Below the pieces are notes generated by a model, which saw only the letters and a program-made list of their open reading frames with translations, was not told where the DNA came from and ran no database searches. From Narcine bancroftii (Eukaryota), in contig NC_091469.1 of NCBI RefSeq assembly GCF_036971445.1, positions 353,152,001 to 353,216,000 on the forward strand: a stretch of 64,000 nucleotides of DNA. The letters run 5' to 3'. The translations under genes were made by a program, and so were the position numbers. Positions 1-11,799 of the stretch are shown here, piece after piece (the first letter of the stretch is position 1; each line of letters starts with the position of its first letter).

Positions 1-2317
1 GTATTCACTAAGGAACAGAATATTGAGCCAGATGACGTGAAGAAGTATGGTAGGGAGGTCATGAATAATATAAGAATTAATGAGGAGGTAATGTTGGTTA
101 TATTGAAAAATATCAAGGTGTATAAATCTCCAGGTCCTAAAAAAAATTCCCTAGGATCCTAAGGGAGGTTAGTGAACAATGAGGGGGTGTTGACAGAAAT
201 ATTTAAAATGTCATTGGTCATGGGGGGAGGTGCCAGAGGACTGGAGGGTGGCTCATGTTGTTCCGCAGTTCAAAAAAGGATCCAAAAGTAAACCTGGTAA
301 TTACAGGCCTGTAAGTCTGATGTCAGTGGCGGGTAAATTAATGGAAAGTGTTCTTTGAGATGGTATATACAACTATTTGGAAAGACAGGGATTGATTCGG
401 AGTAGTCAGCAGGTTTTGTACATGGTAGATCATGTCTAACAAATCTTATACTAAAAAGGTTGATGAGGGGAAGGCTGTGAATGTTGTCTGTTTAGACTTT
501 AGTAAGGATTTGGACAAGGTTCCCCATAAGGAAGGTGGAAGCATTAGGTATTAATAATGAAGTAGTGAAATGGATTCAGCAATGGTTGGATGGGAGATGC
601 CAAAGAGTAGTGGTGGAAAATTGTTTGTCAAATTGGAGGCCAGTGATGAGTGGAGTGCCTCATGGATTGGTACTGGGTCCACTGCTGTTTGTCATATATA
701 TTAACACTCTAGACCAGGGGTGTCAAACTCAAATTCACAGAGGGCCAAAATTAAAAACTTGGACTAAATCATGGGCCAAACTAAATATTTATTGAAAATT
801 TTCAACAACATCTGCATGTTTTCTCATCTTTCAACATGTAATGTTAAACTTTTTCTTATTAAAATAAATGTTTCATAATAGTTTTGCTTAAACTCTTTCC
901 AGAAGAAGCATTAACAAATGAGAAATAAAATATTCAATAAATAATATTTCTCTATAGCCTTTAAGCTCCTTTTAAATGTTTTTTTTCCAGAAAAAACAAC
1001 TTGCTTCAATGACAAACAGGTTTGTCTTTTAAAATGATGAACATATAGTCTGCCTCCCACCTGTCTTGAAAGGTCCTGTTTTCTGTCTTTGGTTTGGCCA
1101 TTTTTCGTAAGGGGTTTATTACATGTGAGTTGGGTGACAGGTCACAGATGCTAATGAAAGTAAAGAGAGGAGGTGGGGGCGATTAGCGGGCTGACGGGCC
1201 GGCGCCAACACATTTGCAAAGCATTCTGGGATTTGTAGTATTAGCTGTGCATGCGCTATACCGGCGCGGCGGCCAACGGGCCAGCTCTAATACATATTTG
1301 ATATGATCTTGCAGGCCAAATATAATTATATCACGGGCCAAATTTGGCCCGCGGGCTTGAGTTTGACATGTGTGCTCTAGACGATAGGGTGGCAAAATGG
1401 ATTAGTAAATTTGCAGATGATACAAAGGTTGGCAGTGTTGTGGACAGTGAGGAAGATTATCAAAGCTTACAGAGTGATATAGGACAGTTAGAAGAGTGGG
1501 TTGAAAGATGGCAGATGGAGTTTAATACTGATAAATGTAAGGTGCTACATTTTGGTAGGACTAATCAAAATAGGACATACATATTAAATGATAGACAACT
1601 GAAGAGTGCAGTGGAACAAAGGAATTTAGGAGTCATGGTACATAATTCTCTGAAACTTGAATCATATGTGGATAGGGTGGTGAAGGAGGCATTTAATATG
1701 TTGGCTTTCATAAATCAGAGAATAGAATACAGGAGTTGGGATGTTATGTTGAAATTATATAAGGCATTGGTGAGGTTGAAACTATGTGCAGTTTTGGTCG
1801 CCAAATTACAGGAAGGATATAAACAGTATAGAGAGAGTGATGAGGAGGTTTACGAGAATGTTGCCGGGGTTTCAGAGTTAGTGTTACATGGAAAGATTGA
1901 GCAGGCTGAGACTTTATTCCCTGGAGCATAGAAGGTTGAGGGATGATTTGATAGAGGTATTCAAAATTATAAGGGGGATGGATAGAGTCAATGTGGATAG
2001 GCTTTTTCCATTGAGAGTGGGGGAGATTCAAACAAGAGCGCATGGATTAAGAGTAAAAGGGAAAAAGTTTAAGGGAAATATGAGGGGGAATTTCTTCATG
2101 CGGAGGGTGTTGGGGGTATGGATTGAATTTCTGGCAGTGGTGGTAGAAGCAAGATCGATGTTAATATTTAAGGAAAGGTTGGATAGGTATATGAATGGGA
2201 GAGATGTGGAGGGTTATGGGCCAAATGCGGGTCAGTGGGACGGGGTGGGAGATGTTCGGCACAGACTAGTAGGGCCAAACTGGCCTGTTTCTGTGCTGTA
2301 AATGGTTATATGGTTAT
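1..2317 (+). mobile_element. CR1 LINE ORF2 (reverse transcriptase) 3' portion, degenerate, interrupted by a hAT element at 715-1374
   Basis: Translations give CR1 RT motifs SGVPHGLVLGPLLFVIYIN, ISKFADDTK, WQMEFNTDKCKVLHFG and YSLEHRRLRDDLIEVFKII. Ends in a CR1-type tail (GGCCTGTTTCTGTGCTGTAAATGGTTATATGGTTAT). Frameshifts present. Confidence 0.92.
715..1374. mobile_element. Non-autonomous hAT (Charlie-like) DNA transposon
   Basis: Perfect 8-bp TSD CTCTAGAC (707-714, 1375-1382). Imperfect terminal inverted repeats (TIRs) CAGGGGTGTCAAACTC / GAGTTTGACATGTGTG. Removing it rejoins the CR1 frame (INTLD|DRVAKWISKFADD). Confidence 0.9.
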
Positions 2318-4028
2318 CGATATCCTGATCCTTCTGGATTCTGATGCTTTCCTATCTCTCATTATTTAAAAATAACTCAGCAAATATATTTGTATTCTTC
2401 CAAAGTGAATGTCTCCAATATTTCATCTGTTTTTTTTTTCCATAGAATTTATGTTATTTTTCTGTTCAAAATTTTTTTTCCTACCTCCTGGAGAGCCATT
2501 CACACATAAACGACCAAAACTCAAAATCCCCGTTTCCTTACGTGAGTTTACACTGAATATCAGAAGTGCATAAGTAAAGAGATGGGATTTGCAAATGCAA
2601 GCTATTCATTAGCCCACTGTTGCGGACTGCCTGCAGTTCAGTTTAGATTGCAGGCAGTCCGCAATAATGTCTAGGGATACTGCAGGTAAAATTTCGGAAC
2701 AAGAATGAGTCACTCATTTCTGTTCCGATCTTTTTACACAGACTGTGTTCCAGGAATTTGGGAATAATTTCCCAGAATGCAGTGGCTGCATAAAAAAACA
2801 AAAATCTCCTTGAAGTCTTGCTGCATCTTTTTCACCTCGTGCTGCCACCCAGCTTTGTTTGATCAGTAAACTTGCAGCTGATGAGTTGAAGGGAGCATGA
2901 GTAAGTTAGGCCTCAACACTAACCCCAATGACACCTCATTAATTACAATCTCAAATGGTTTCACACATCTCCCTTATCAGATTCCATAATATCCAGCCCC
3001 TTTCTGTCTCCACTAATCACACCTCTGTTACTACTTCCATCCTGCTCAGACTTGGCTTCATCTGCTCATCAAGCGTTCTTCACCTGGATCCACCTTGCCT
3101 TGCCTTCCTCCTCATCTCTTTATACTGATCACTTCCTCCTTACACTCAGTCATGATTGCAGCCTTGAGCAAAAACTTTGACCACCCTTTTATAACTCATG
3201 CCTGACCTGCTAAGTTCTTCCAGTTCATTTTTGTTTGATGTGTCTAATTTCTCAACACTTTAATTACCTATTTCTAAAAAAATCTATACTGTTATTAACC
3301 AATTAATCCACAACCGTACTTTTATCATCTCATTTGTTTAATAATCTCATGCAGCTACTTGACGAGGGCCTTTTGTTAGATCAAGGACGTTCAATGCAAT
3401 AGTTCTTCCTGATCATATTATTGCCTTATTGCATGATATAATTTCTCCTGTTTTACTGTGCAAATGATGCAAATTAATATTTGCCATTTTCCCTGTTGAA
3501 GCTTTTCTCTCCAGATACTTGTTTTCTATCTTTTCTTACTATTGTAAATTCCTTGCTGAAACCTGAAACTTTCCAATCCTCAAATGTATTCTCTTTTCAG
3601 TAATGTACATCTTTTAGTTTGAACTAATGCATTCCTGGTTGTTAGCTACAGATAGATCACTTTTTCAAATGGTACTTTGTGCCTTAAAATAGATGTTTGT
3701 TGTGGACTGTGTATGAATTATTCAAATAGTTATCCATTGTTTATCTACCATCATGCATTTTATTTGAAAATTGGTAAGAATGCTTAATCTGACTTTTTGC
3801 ACGTTCCCAAATTTCCTTCCTTGATTGCTAATATATTCCATGATCATATCAGACTTGTTGAAATCACTGCAAGCTGGCACAATAGTTTTTTTAAGACATT
3901 ACAAATGTCCTGGAGGAGCAGGATATAGCCAGAGGATTTATTATTTCATATTTAGTTAATTCCTTTCTCCAAAAGTAGTATTAATTTTGTGATCATGCAA
4001 TTATAAAAATATAGGTGTATATTCTTAC

Positions 4029-4224
4029 CGTGTAATATCTGGTGTTGGCAGAGGACAGCATAAGAGCTGATTTAAATAGATTCCCATTAAAAGACAACTC
4101 TGCCACTGACAGAAGATATGAGCTACCTCTTTATCCGGATATCCTGTATGCAGTTCCCTTTGCCTCAGCTGGGAAAGTCTGTCGTACACCATTCCAATGC
4201 CTTCCTCCATGGAATTTTTGTCAC
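4029..4224 (-). CDS. ASTE1: ASTE1 (protein asteroid homolog 1), third coding exon
   Basis: Acceptor atgtctag|GT and donor CG|gtaaga; 196 nt, phase 1 to 2. Encodes ...VAHIFCQWQSCLLMGIYLNQLLCCPLPTPDITR, matching the conserved ASTE1 AHIFCQWQSCLxMGxYLNQLL motif. Confidence 0.92.
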
Positions 4225-5568
4225 CTAGACATATTTAAAGAAAAACAGTTTATCATGCTCCTTTTTATGTGATCGCAAGGATTATTTATTTTGTAATTTG
4301 GAACAGAGGTTACCCTTGGAGCCTGCACTTTGTATGTTATTAGCACATGACTCTTGATTTTCTGGATCTAAAAGTCTGCTTCAGCCTTAAATGTATTCAA
4401 TAAATAGTGTATAAAATTCCAAATATTCACAAGACAGAGGAGGTTCCTTTACATTTCATTCATAATTGGGTCTTCTCAGGATCCACTCAAACAGCCTGAA
4501 TTTTATGTCAAAAATGTTAACAATTCTTCTGACCTCTAATAACGACTGCTCATTCACTTCCCACCACCCAGTATCCCCCAAAATTTTCCAAGTAAACAAG
4601 GTATTCACTTGTACTTTTTCCAATCTAGTTTAAAGAATGAATTCAGTGTTCATGTTGGAGTTTCTTCGGTACTGGAGAATCACTATGGCCTTCAGTACCC
4701 ATGTATTGTTCAGAAGCAAACTTGAGCTTTCCCTGATTGCCACTTTAAATTTTCTATCTCACTCTTCCTCTGGCCAAATTTATCCATTGCTACCTCCACA
4801 ATAAGATTGAGGAATAGCACTCCATCTTAGTATGTTGCAGCCTTCTGGACTCAAAATTCAAATTCTCCAACTTCAGATAATTCACCAGTAGCTGTATCAC
4901 AATTGGCCTATTTGGTTCAAGGACATTCACCTGGAATAAAGGCTCACTTTTCTCCACTAGCATAGCCTGATCTGTGGAGAATTTCCTACACTTGAGCCTT
5001 TCTGATTTTTTTTTTCTCCCTCTATTGCGAGATGCCCAGAACTTTTCTTAAAGGTTGATATTATTGCAGAATTTGTGTCATTGTTCAAATACATATATAT
5101 ATGTATACATATATACACACACACAGACAGACAGACAGGTCAGTCCTTGTAAGCATCTCACAGTGTTAGAGATGTTTTGTTAACAAACTGTTTCTTATCC
5201 AAGACACACATCAAAAACAAGCTAACTGATCAATTATTCAATCCTGTAGTCATTTGCTAAATTAGCTTACTTTCAGAAGATGAAACTAAATTTATACCAC
5301 TTAATTTACAAATAAATTGTAAAGTCTTAACATGTAAATGCACTCCTCGCCAGTGTAGAATTAAAAGAATTCCGAAAAAATCTATTGTACATCTGTACAT
5401 TACCCCTCAGCCACATAAATATTCTTATTATACCAGAGGTCAATTAGTTTATTTGAGTTCCAGTACAAAGCTATTCTAGAAGCGTACATTGCTAAATATA
5501 TCATGTCACTCCAGTGTATTAACATAAACACATATGCAATTAAGAATTTTTTTGCAACTTTTAGATAC

Positions 5569-5776
5569 CTGATTTGTTTTTTAGTTTATGTAATTCTCCA
5601 GTTACAATACAAAGAAGGAGTGCCTGAAGATGGTGCAATGTCACTTTTGGTTCAGCATGAACCACCCAGTAGCAGGTAATGTAAACGGTCAAGTGCAGGT
5701 TGGCTGGCAAAGCCTGAACATCAACATTCACTTTCAGAGTCTCCAAAAGAAAACAGGTTCTATCCAAGATGGAAAT
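5569..5776 (-). CDS. ASTE1: ASTE1 second coding exon
   Basis: Acceptor tttatttttcag|ATT and donor TCAG|gtatct; 208 nt, phase 0 to 1, compatible with both neighbouring exons. Encodes ISILDRTCFLLETLKV...CYWVVHAEPKVTLHHLQALLL, resembling vertebrate ASTE1 (LLETLKV, CYW, LHHLQ). Confidence 0.9.
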
Positions 5777-7234
5777 CTGAAAAATAAAGAATAAAAACAT
5801 GTATTCTAATAAACCAATTCTGAAACTCAATTTCAGAATGAGGTCCTGCCATGTGTTTTGAGCTAGAGAACTGAATATTAAGCAGGAATGTAACTTTTCT
5901 CCACAAATATTAAGTCATGTAAATATTGCTTGCAAAATGAACAGAGCATTGCAACTATAGCAGAAACAAACAATTTTAATTGAAAGAGTATAATTTGCAT
6001 GTGCAGTTAATATTGAACTAGAAGCACTTCCATCACTAATTTTAAATAAGAAAGTAGTTTCACTAATATTAGGAATTCAGGTTCTGGTCAGATCACGCAT
6101 GATCTTATTAAAGAAAGGAGTCAATCCACTCCAAATTTGTATGTAAAATGTGTGGCTTTCACAGAAACTTGCCTGCCAAGTCTTAACCAATTAATGGCCA
6201 ACTGAGAGCAAGGAGTGTCCATTGCTGGCCATTAGGTCTCAAGCACTCACAAAAACTCTCTTGGATGTGGAGCTTTGCCTTGATATTTTCTGTTGACTTT
6301 TGGACTGAAGGAAGCGAGAGGAGGTTTGCGATCTTTTTGATATGTCAAGATAATCTACAGATCTGTTAAGAAATTACACACTTCTCATTTAAAAAAAATC
6401 AAGATTAAAAGGATATCATTGTTGAGTGATGCTTTTACACTAGAAGAAACTCGATGGATGACTACTGCCTGGAAATTCTAGTGGACTCTTAATGTATGGA
6501 ATACACTCAAAAAATAAACACCACCTCCTCGAGGTAACACACCTTGATTCTCAGCAGAAGCTCAGCACCTGAGCAGTCAGGGGGAGGGAAGATTGAAAAA
6601 TAAGCATGCTTACTGGACCAGCAATGGAATAGGGGAAGGCACTTCATTTGGGAAGATCACTCAAAGTTATAAGATCTTATTGTGGAGGTGAGATGGACTG
6701 AGTGGGTAGAGCAGCTACACCAGGGATGAGGAAAGGAACAGTTTTTGGGATTGCAAATGACTTAGTCATGACACCCTAAAGATTTTCTCGTATCCAGAAT
6801 TAACAATCAAGAATGACACTGAATACTCTCTACTTGCCCGAGATGCATAGTTCCAAACACACAGTTCAATGCTATCTGAAACAAATGGCTTGTTTGACTG
6901 GTACCTTATCCACAACTCCACATATAAATTCCCTCATCACCCACACACTACAGATGCTATTAGGCACTCAAATTACTTTGACAGCACACACCAAATCTGC
7001 AACTTCCATGACCAGGGAAAGGGCAGTTGGCACATGTGAATCATGTTGCCTTGGAATCACATCACCATTCTTTCAGTATCAGTCAATCTAAACCCTAGAA
7101 CTCCCTATACTAAAGTCTTTGAAGACTCAAATAGGTAGTTCTTCTCCCCCTCCTCAAAGGCATTTAATGATGGACAACAAAATGACAGTTTAACTATACA
7201 CACCCATGATCCAAAAAATATGAATTTTAATAAT

Positions 7235-8660
7235 ACATAAAAGTGCTGCAGAAACTCAGCAGGTCGCATAGCATCCATGGAAAGTTGATGTTTCAGGCCT
7301 GAGCCTTTTATCAGGGATGCTGAAGATCAGACAAACACCTGAAAAAGGTGGAGTCCTGGCAGGGGGCTCAGTTCACAGGCTTACAGATTGTGGGAGGGGA
7401 CAGAGGGCTGAGAGAGATGCTCCTGATTGGAGAAAGGTGTGAGGAGCTAGAAGAAGGTATCAGCGATGAGCAAGGAGGAGTCAAAAGAATGAGGGAAGAT
7501 GAAGATGGGGGAGGGGAGAAATTGGAAAAATTAATACTGATGCCACCTAGCTGATGTGATGGCCCCCCCCACCGCATTTTCAGTTCATTTTATTTGTGTG
7601 AGACTGTCCCTTTAAGAGAACAGATTTAACAACCTGCCTGCAGGATTTGAAGTGATTGTGAAACTAGTATCAAGCTTTGAAGACATCATGTTCCTAAATG
7701 GATACGTTTGAAGAGAAGCATGGCAGTATTTCTAAAACCCAGGTGCAGAGACCATGTGACCCACAGATTAAGACAAAATACACAGGAGTGGCTGGTAGCC
7801 ATTTTTGAAGGAAGCAACACAAGAGTCAACAGCTCTTCAACCTTCTCTGTGGGAATGAGAACCCCACCTGGGTGGTTATAGTCAGAATTGTCAGATTTTC
7901 TCCTTGTGCTTTCAGAGGAATGAGAGACCATTTCTACTGAACCATGAAAGGGGTTTTAAAGCACTCTACTGACACACGAAAAGGGTTGTAATTGCTGAAG
8001 AAGGCACTCTTCAAATTTCTCTGAAGCACCTCAACCAGGGTGTCATGAGTAATCCACATTCTGTCAACCCCCCCCCACCAAGTCTCTTTCACCCACTTCA
8101 GAAAATGCTAACTTCATCTTAAGGCTTGCATGGCTCAACCATTCATCTAAGGCCTGCATGCCTCAACCAATTAAGGGCTGTGTGGCTCATCATATAAAGC
8201 CTGTGTGCCTCAACCATCTAAAACTTGTGTGTTGCATCAATCTCAAGTCCACATATCATCAACAAATTCCTGAACTTTGAACTTGGAACTTCTTTCCCAG
8301 AATTCAGCCTTGAGCTGTAGTGGCTTGGGAGTTTCCACACACCAATATATTCACACATAGTTAAAGTTTAAGTTAGATGACTGTATATAAATTTAATTAG
8401 AGTAGGTTGTATATAATTGTTAATTAATAATTTAAAATACAACACCATCTGGGCTCATCTTTATCGCTGCTGTTGTGCACGTAACACTGGAGACTGCCAA
8501 AATGGAATACAAAGTGCTGTTCTCCAATTTACTTGTGGTCTCAACCTGGCAGTACACAAGGCTATGGACAAAAATCAGTTTGGGAATGAGATGTGGAACT
8601 GAAGTGGCCCATCACTCAGAGATCCTTCGTGTTGCAATGGACAGAGCGAAGGTGAATTGT
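7235..8660 (-). mobile_element. Penelope-like retroelement 3' fragment split by a solo LTR (7555-8486)
   Basis: Similar to the GIY-YIG-bearing copy at 43030-44270 (GAACTCAGCAGGTC end, ATGCC..CTGGAGACTGCC..TCCAATTT segment). The sequence resumes after the LTR. Confidence 0.6.
7555..8486 (+). mobile_element. Solo LTR (about 930 bp, Gypsy-type) with internal short tandem repeats
   Basis: TGTGAT...GTAACA termini; near-TSD CTGA/CTGG; AAGGCyTGyrTGnCTCAACCA-like repeats at about 8118-8240. Confidence 0.7.
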
Positions 8661-8839
8661 AGTGAATGTTATTTGTGTTCCTGAAGCAGAACTTGCAGCC
8701 AGAAAGGAGATGATTTCATGATAATTGTGATTTGACTGCAACATTATACCAAATGAAATTTACAACAGGTTAAATTAACTTCCGTTCTATAGGATCCAAT
8801 TTATAAACATAACTTCTAAATCATTAAAAAATATCATAC

Positions 8840-10168
8840 CTCTGGTAGTCTTTGCAATGAAGATAATCCATATGAGTTGAACTTTTTCAGCACTGCTTGA
8901 ATGTTAGTTTTTTTCAGAGTCTGTTCAAATCTATCATATTCCTGAACATAAGTCACTTTACTGCATTCTTTTCCTGGCATTTTAGCAGATAAATTCAATG
9001 TTGAATCAAGGAAAATCTCATTGGTATTCAGCAGTCCATAAATAACCTGGCGAATATTCAATGAACACCTGTGACTGCTGGTCCTACGCATATTTTCTAC
9101 CTGAGCAGGGAGGAAAGTTCTCCTCAAGGTCAAGCAGTCACTAAGAAATGGAGCCAATTCTCCTCTCAAGAGAGCAACTAACATCCACTCTGGGGCTTTG
9201 CTGGCCAACACAGTGGGAACATGGGGCCTGATGTCCTTGTTCTGAAAGTACGTTGCAAGATCCACTTCTGACTGAGTGTATTCATCCATATGAAAATATA
9301 AAAGTTCTCTGATCTTCTCATGTTCACTTTGCTTTATGTACCTCAAAATGTCTTCTATTGCCTCCTTTGGTTCAGAAAACCCAGACAGCCAGTTCAGGAG
9401 CCCTTGAATTCGCACATTCTTCCTTCCTGCTGAAGTCCTTGCATGGAAATGTACTCTGGTGAAAATGTTCTCCAAAGAGGGAAGATTAATATAATCATTA
9501 CCATTCAACACAGCAAAAAGTGGAAGAAGAGCTTTGTTCATGTGATTAAAATAGTTGCAGAAATTTTCAATTGAGAAACACTGAGCCGAAATATAGAATT
9601 TTGAATGATCTTCCAGACTACATACATTTTTCCACTTGAAATAATTGAGGGGACAATAACCAGCCTTCAAATCAAAGATACAGAAGTCACTGTCCAGTGT
9701 TAGGACAGGGCAATTCCATTGATTTGCAAGAGCGACAATGTCGCGGTCTGCTTCAGAATGACATTGGACAAATGGTATTTGCAACTGCACTAAAACTTGT
9801 TTAAAAACTTCTGGTGCAAGGAGCGGCAGAACTGTACCTCCTCCACCCCTCAAAATGGAGTGTGCCTTTATGATTTTGTCCCTGGCACGTTCTTTGATGG
9901 TTTCAATTTTTTTATCACTATAGTCGCATCCACCATCAAAAATCACATATGGTGAAATATTACATTGTGACAGAGATTCAAAGAATTTACAGATGATATC
10001 TCCAAATGAATCATATTCACCTCCATATTTAAGATCCAAATCTGAGTCAAAATAAAGTCTGTGAAATAAGTTATTGCCGTCAATTATAATCCTAACATTA
10101 TGCAATGTTATATCATTAAAAAATTGATGATTTTCTCCAATGTAGGACATCAATCCATGGATACCCAT
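8840..10168 (-). CDS. ASTE1: ASTE1 first (large) coding exon, XPG/PIN-like nuclease N-terminal region; exon spans 10191-8840
   Basis: 443 open codons starting MGIHGLMSYI, with IIIDGNNLFHRLY, YVIFDGG, EADRDIVALANQWNCPVLTLDSDFCIFD and LFAVLNGNDY motifs. Acceptor ctttcttacttag| before 10191 and donor GAG|gtatga at 8840. Divergent neighbour is NEK11, as in mammals. Confidence 0.95.
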
Positions 10169-11799
10169 GTTGTGCTGTGATCGCCTTCATCCTAAGTAAG
10201 AAAGAGAAACAAATTGGGATTGTTAGATCACATATGAATACCACATATGAGGTACAAAAGCAGTCATGCAGCCAAATAAACACAAATAAGTCAATATCTA
10301 TTTTCAACTGTTAAATAATTTTAACACAACTCAATATTGAATGATTTTACCACAGCTCAACAGAAATTTGGAGTATGCCATAATTTCCATTTCACTCCTC
10401 CCGTGGGAGTAGCCACATTTATCCACCTCAACTTTGGCATGAGCTCATTCATTTCAAGAAATTACCATAGGCATTGTATTCAAACATTCGAACCAGCCTC
10501 TGGGGATCTACAATCACCACTGTCCACTTGCACTTACTTTTTTTCTCTCCCCGATGATATTTGATAATTTGCAAACTGAAATTGTCAATATTGATTGCAA
10601 AAGTTACATTTTGAAGATCATGGAAATATGAAATCCAACAGATGTTTGGAATACTCAGAACTGATGAAAGGTTATTTCTGTTCTATCTTGATAGAGGATA
10701 CATGAAAGCATTTATCCCATTCAAAAATACCATACTTTTAGTTACAACTTTTTAAATATATTAATGTACTTAGAAAATGTGGTAGCAATTCCAGTCTTCA
10801 AAAATCCTTGGATATAGTTTATAAATTATTTTAATGCAAGATTTTAAAATTTAGAATCTTTCATATAGAACACCATCTAATATCACGACAAGGGTGTGGT
10901 GAAAAACAAGTAATCAAAAGGAAATACTTCACAATAATAACTACACGAAAAAAAACTTCACTGAGGCTTTTGGCAATTCAAGGTTGTGATATAAATATTA
11001 AAAAGGATGGAAGCAGTAGTTTTCACTGGCAAGGCTATGCCATTCGACTTCAGAGAACGAAGATAGCTAATGCTGGTAAATTGAGATGCTTTCTTTCAGT
11101 GAATTAGACAGAAGAATCCACAAAAAGGCAGTGTCAAAAATGTAATGTGGTAATTACACAAGTCAAAATTACAAGGTGATGGTGTTAAATCAGGGTTGAT
11201 ATTTTCATGTTTTAGTTACACTTAAAGGATATATGTGCAAAGGCATGCTTGGAGATTTAACCTCAAAACAAAGGTACAAGCTATATTTCCTTTAATATTA
11301 TGAATATTCCAAGGGTTAAACCAAGCTTTAATCCCCTGAAGAGTTACAGTTAGGGGATTTCAGCAATTTTGAAATCATTTTGATAGCCGAGCCAGAGAAA
11401 AAGAAACTGGGCATTTGTCAGACAACATGAAAACCAAAGCCTGGATATTAGGAGAAAAACTCTTCAAAGTCTGAATCAAAATCCTGAATTGGGGGAATAA
11501 TTCTGAGAAGGTAGAAAAAAATTGTAAGTCACAAGATGCAGGGACTTGTGTCTGGTGCGATGCTGGTGTGAAAAATAAGCATGCTTAATAATAAATGTTG
11601 GTACAGATTCTTCCCCTCCACTTTCAGATTTCTGAAGGAACACTGAACCTCTGGACACTACCTCACTTTTTTTGAAATATTCCATTCTTTTTATTGTTAA
11701 TTTTTACACCTTCTTCTGCACAATACTGCTATAAAGCGACAAATTTCATGTTCTTGACAATAAACCTGATTCAAGAGGCGCTACTGTTTGGAACAAGGT

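Noticed and set aside
2318-4028. Final ASTE1 coding exon
   Set aside because: No matching LYxG..VH-type sequence found; probably lies left of position 1.
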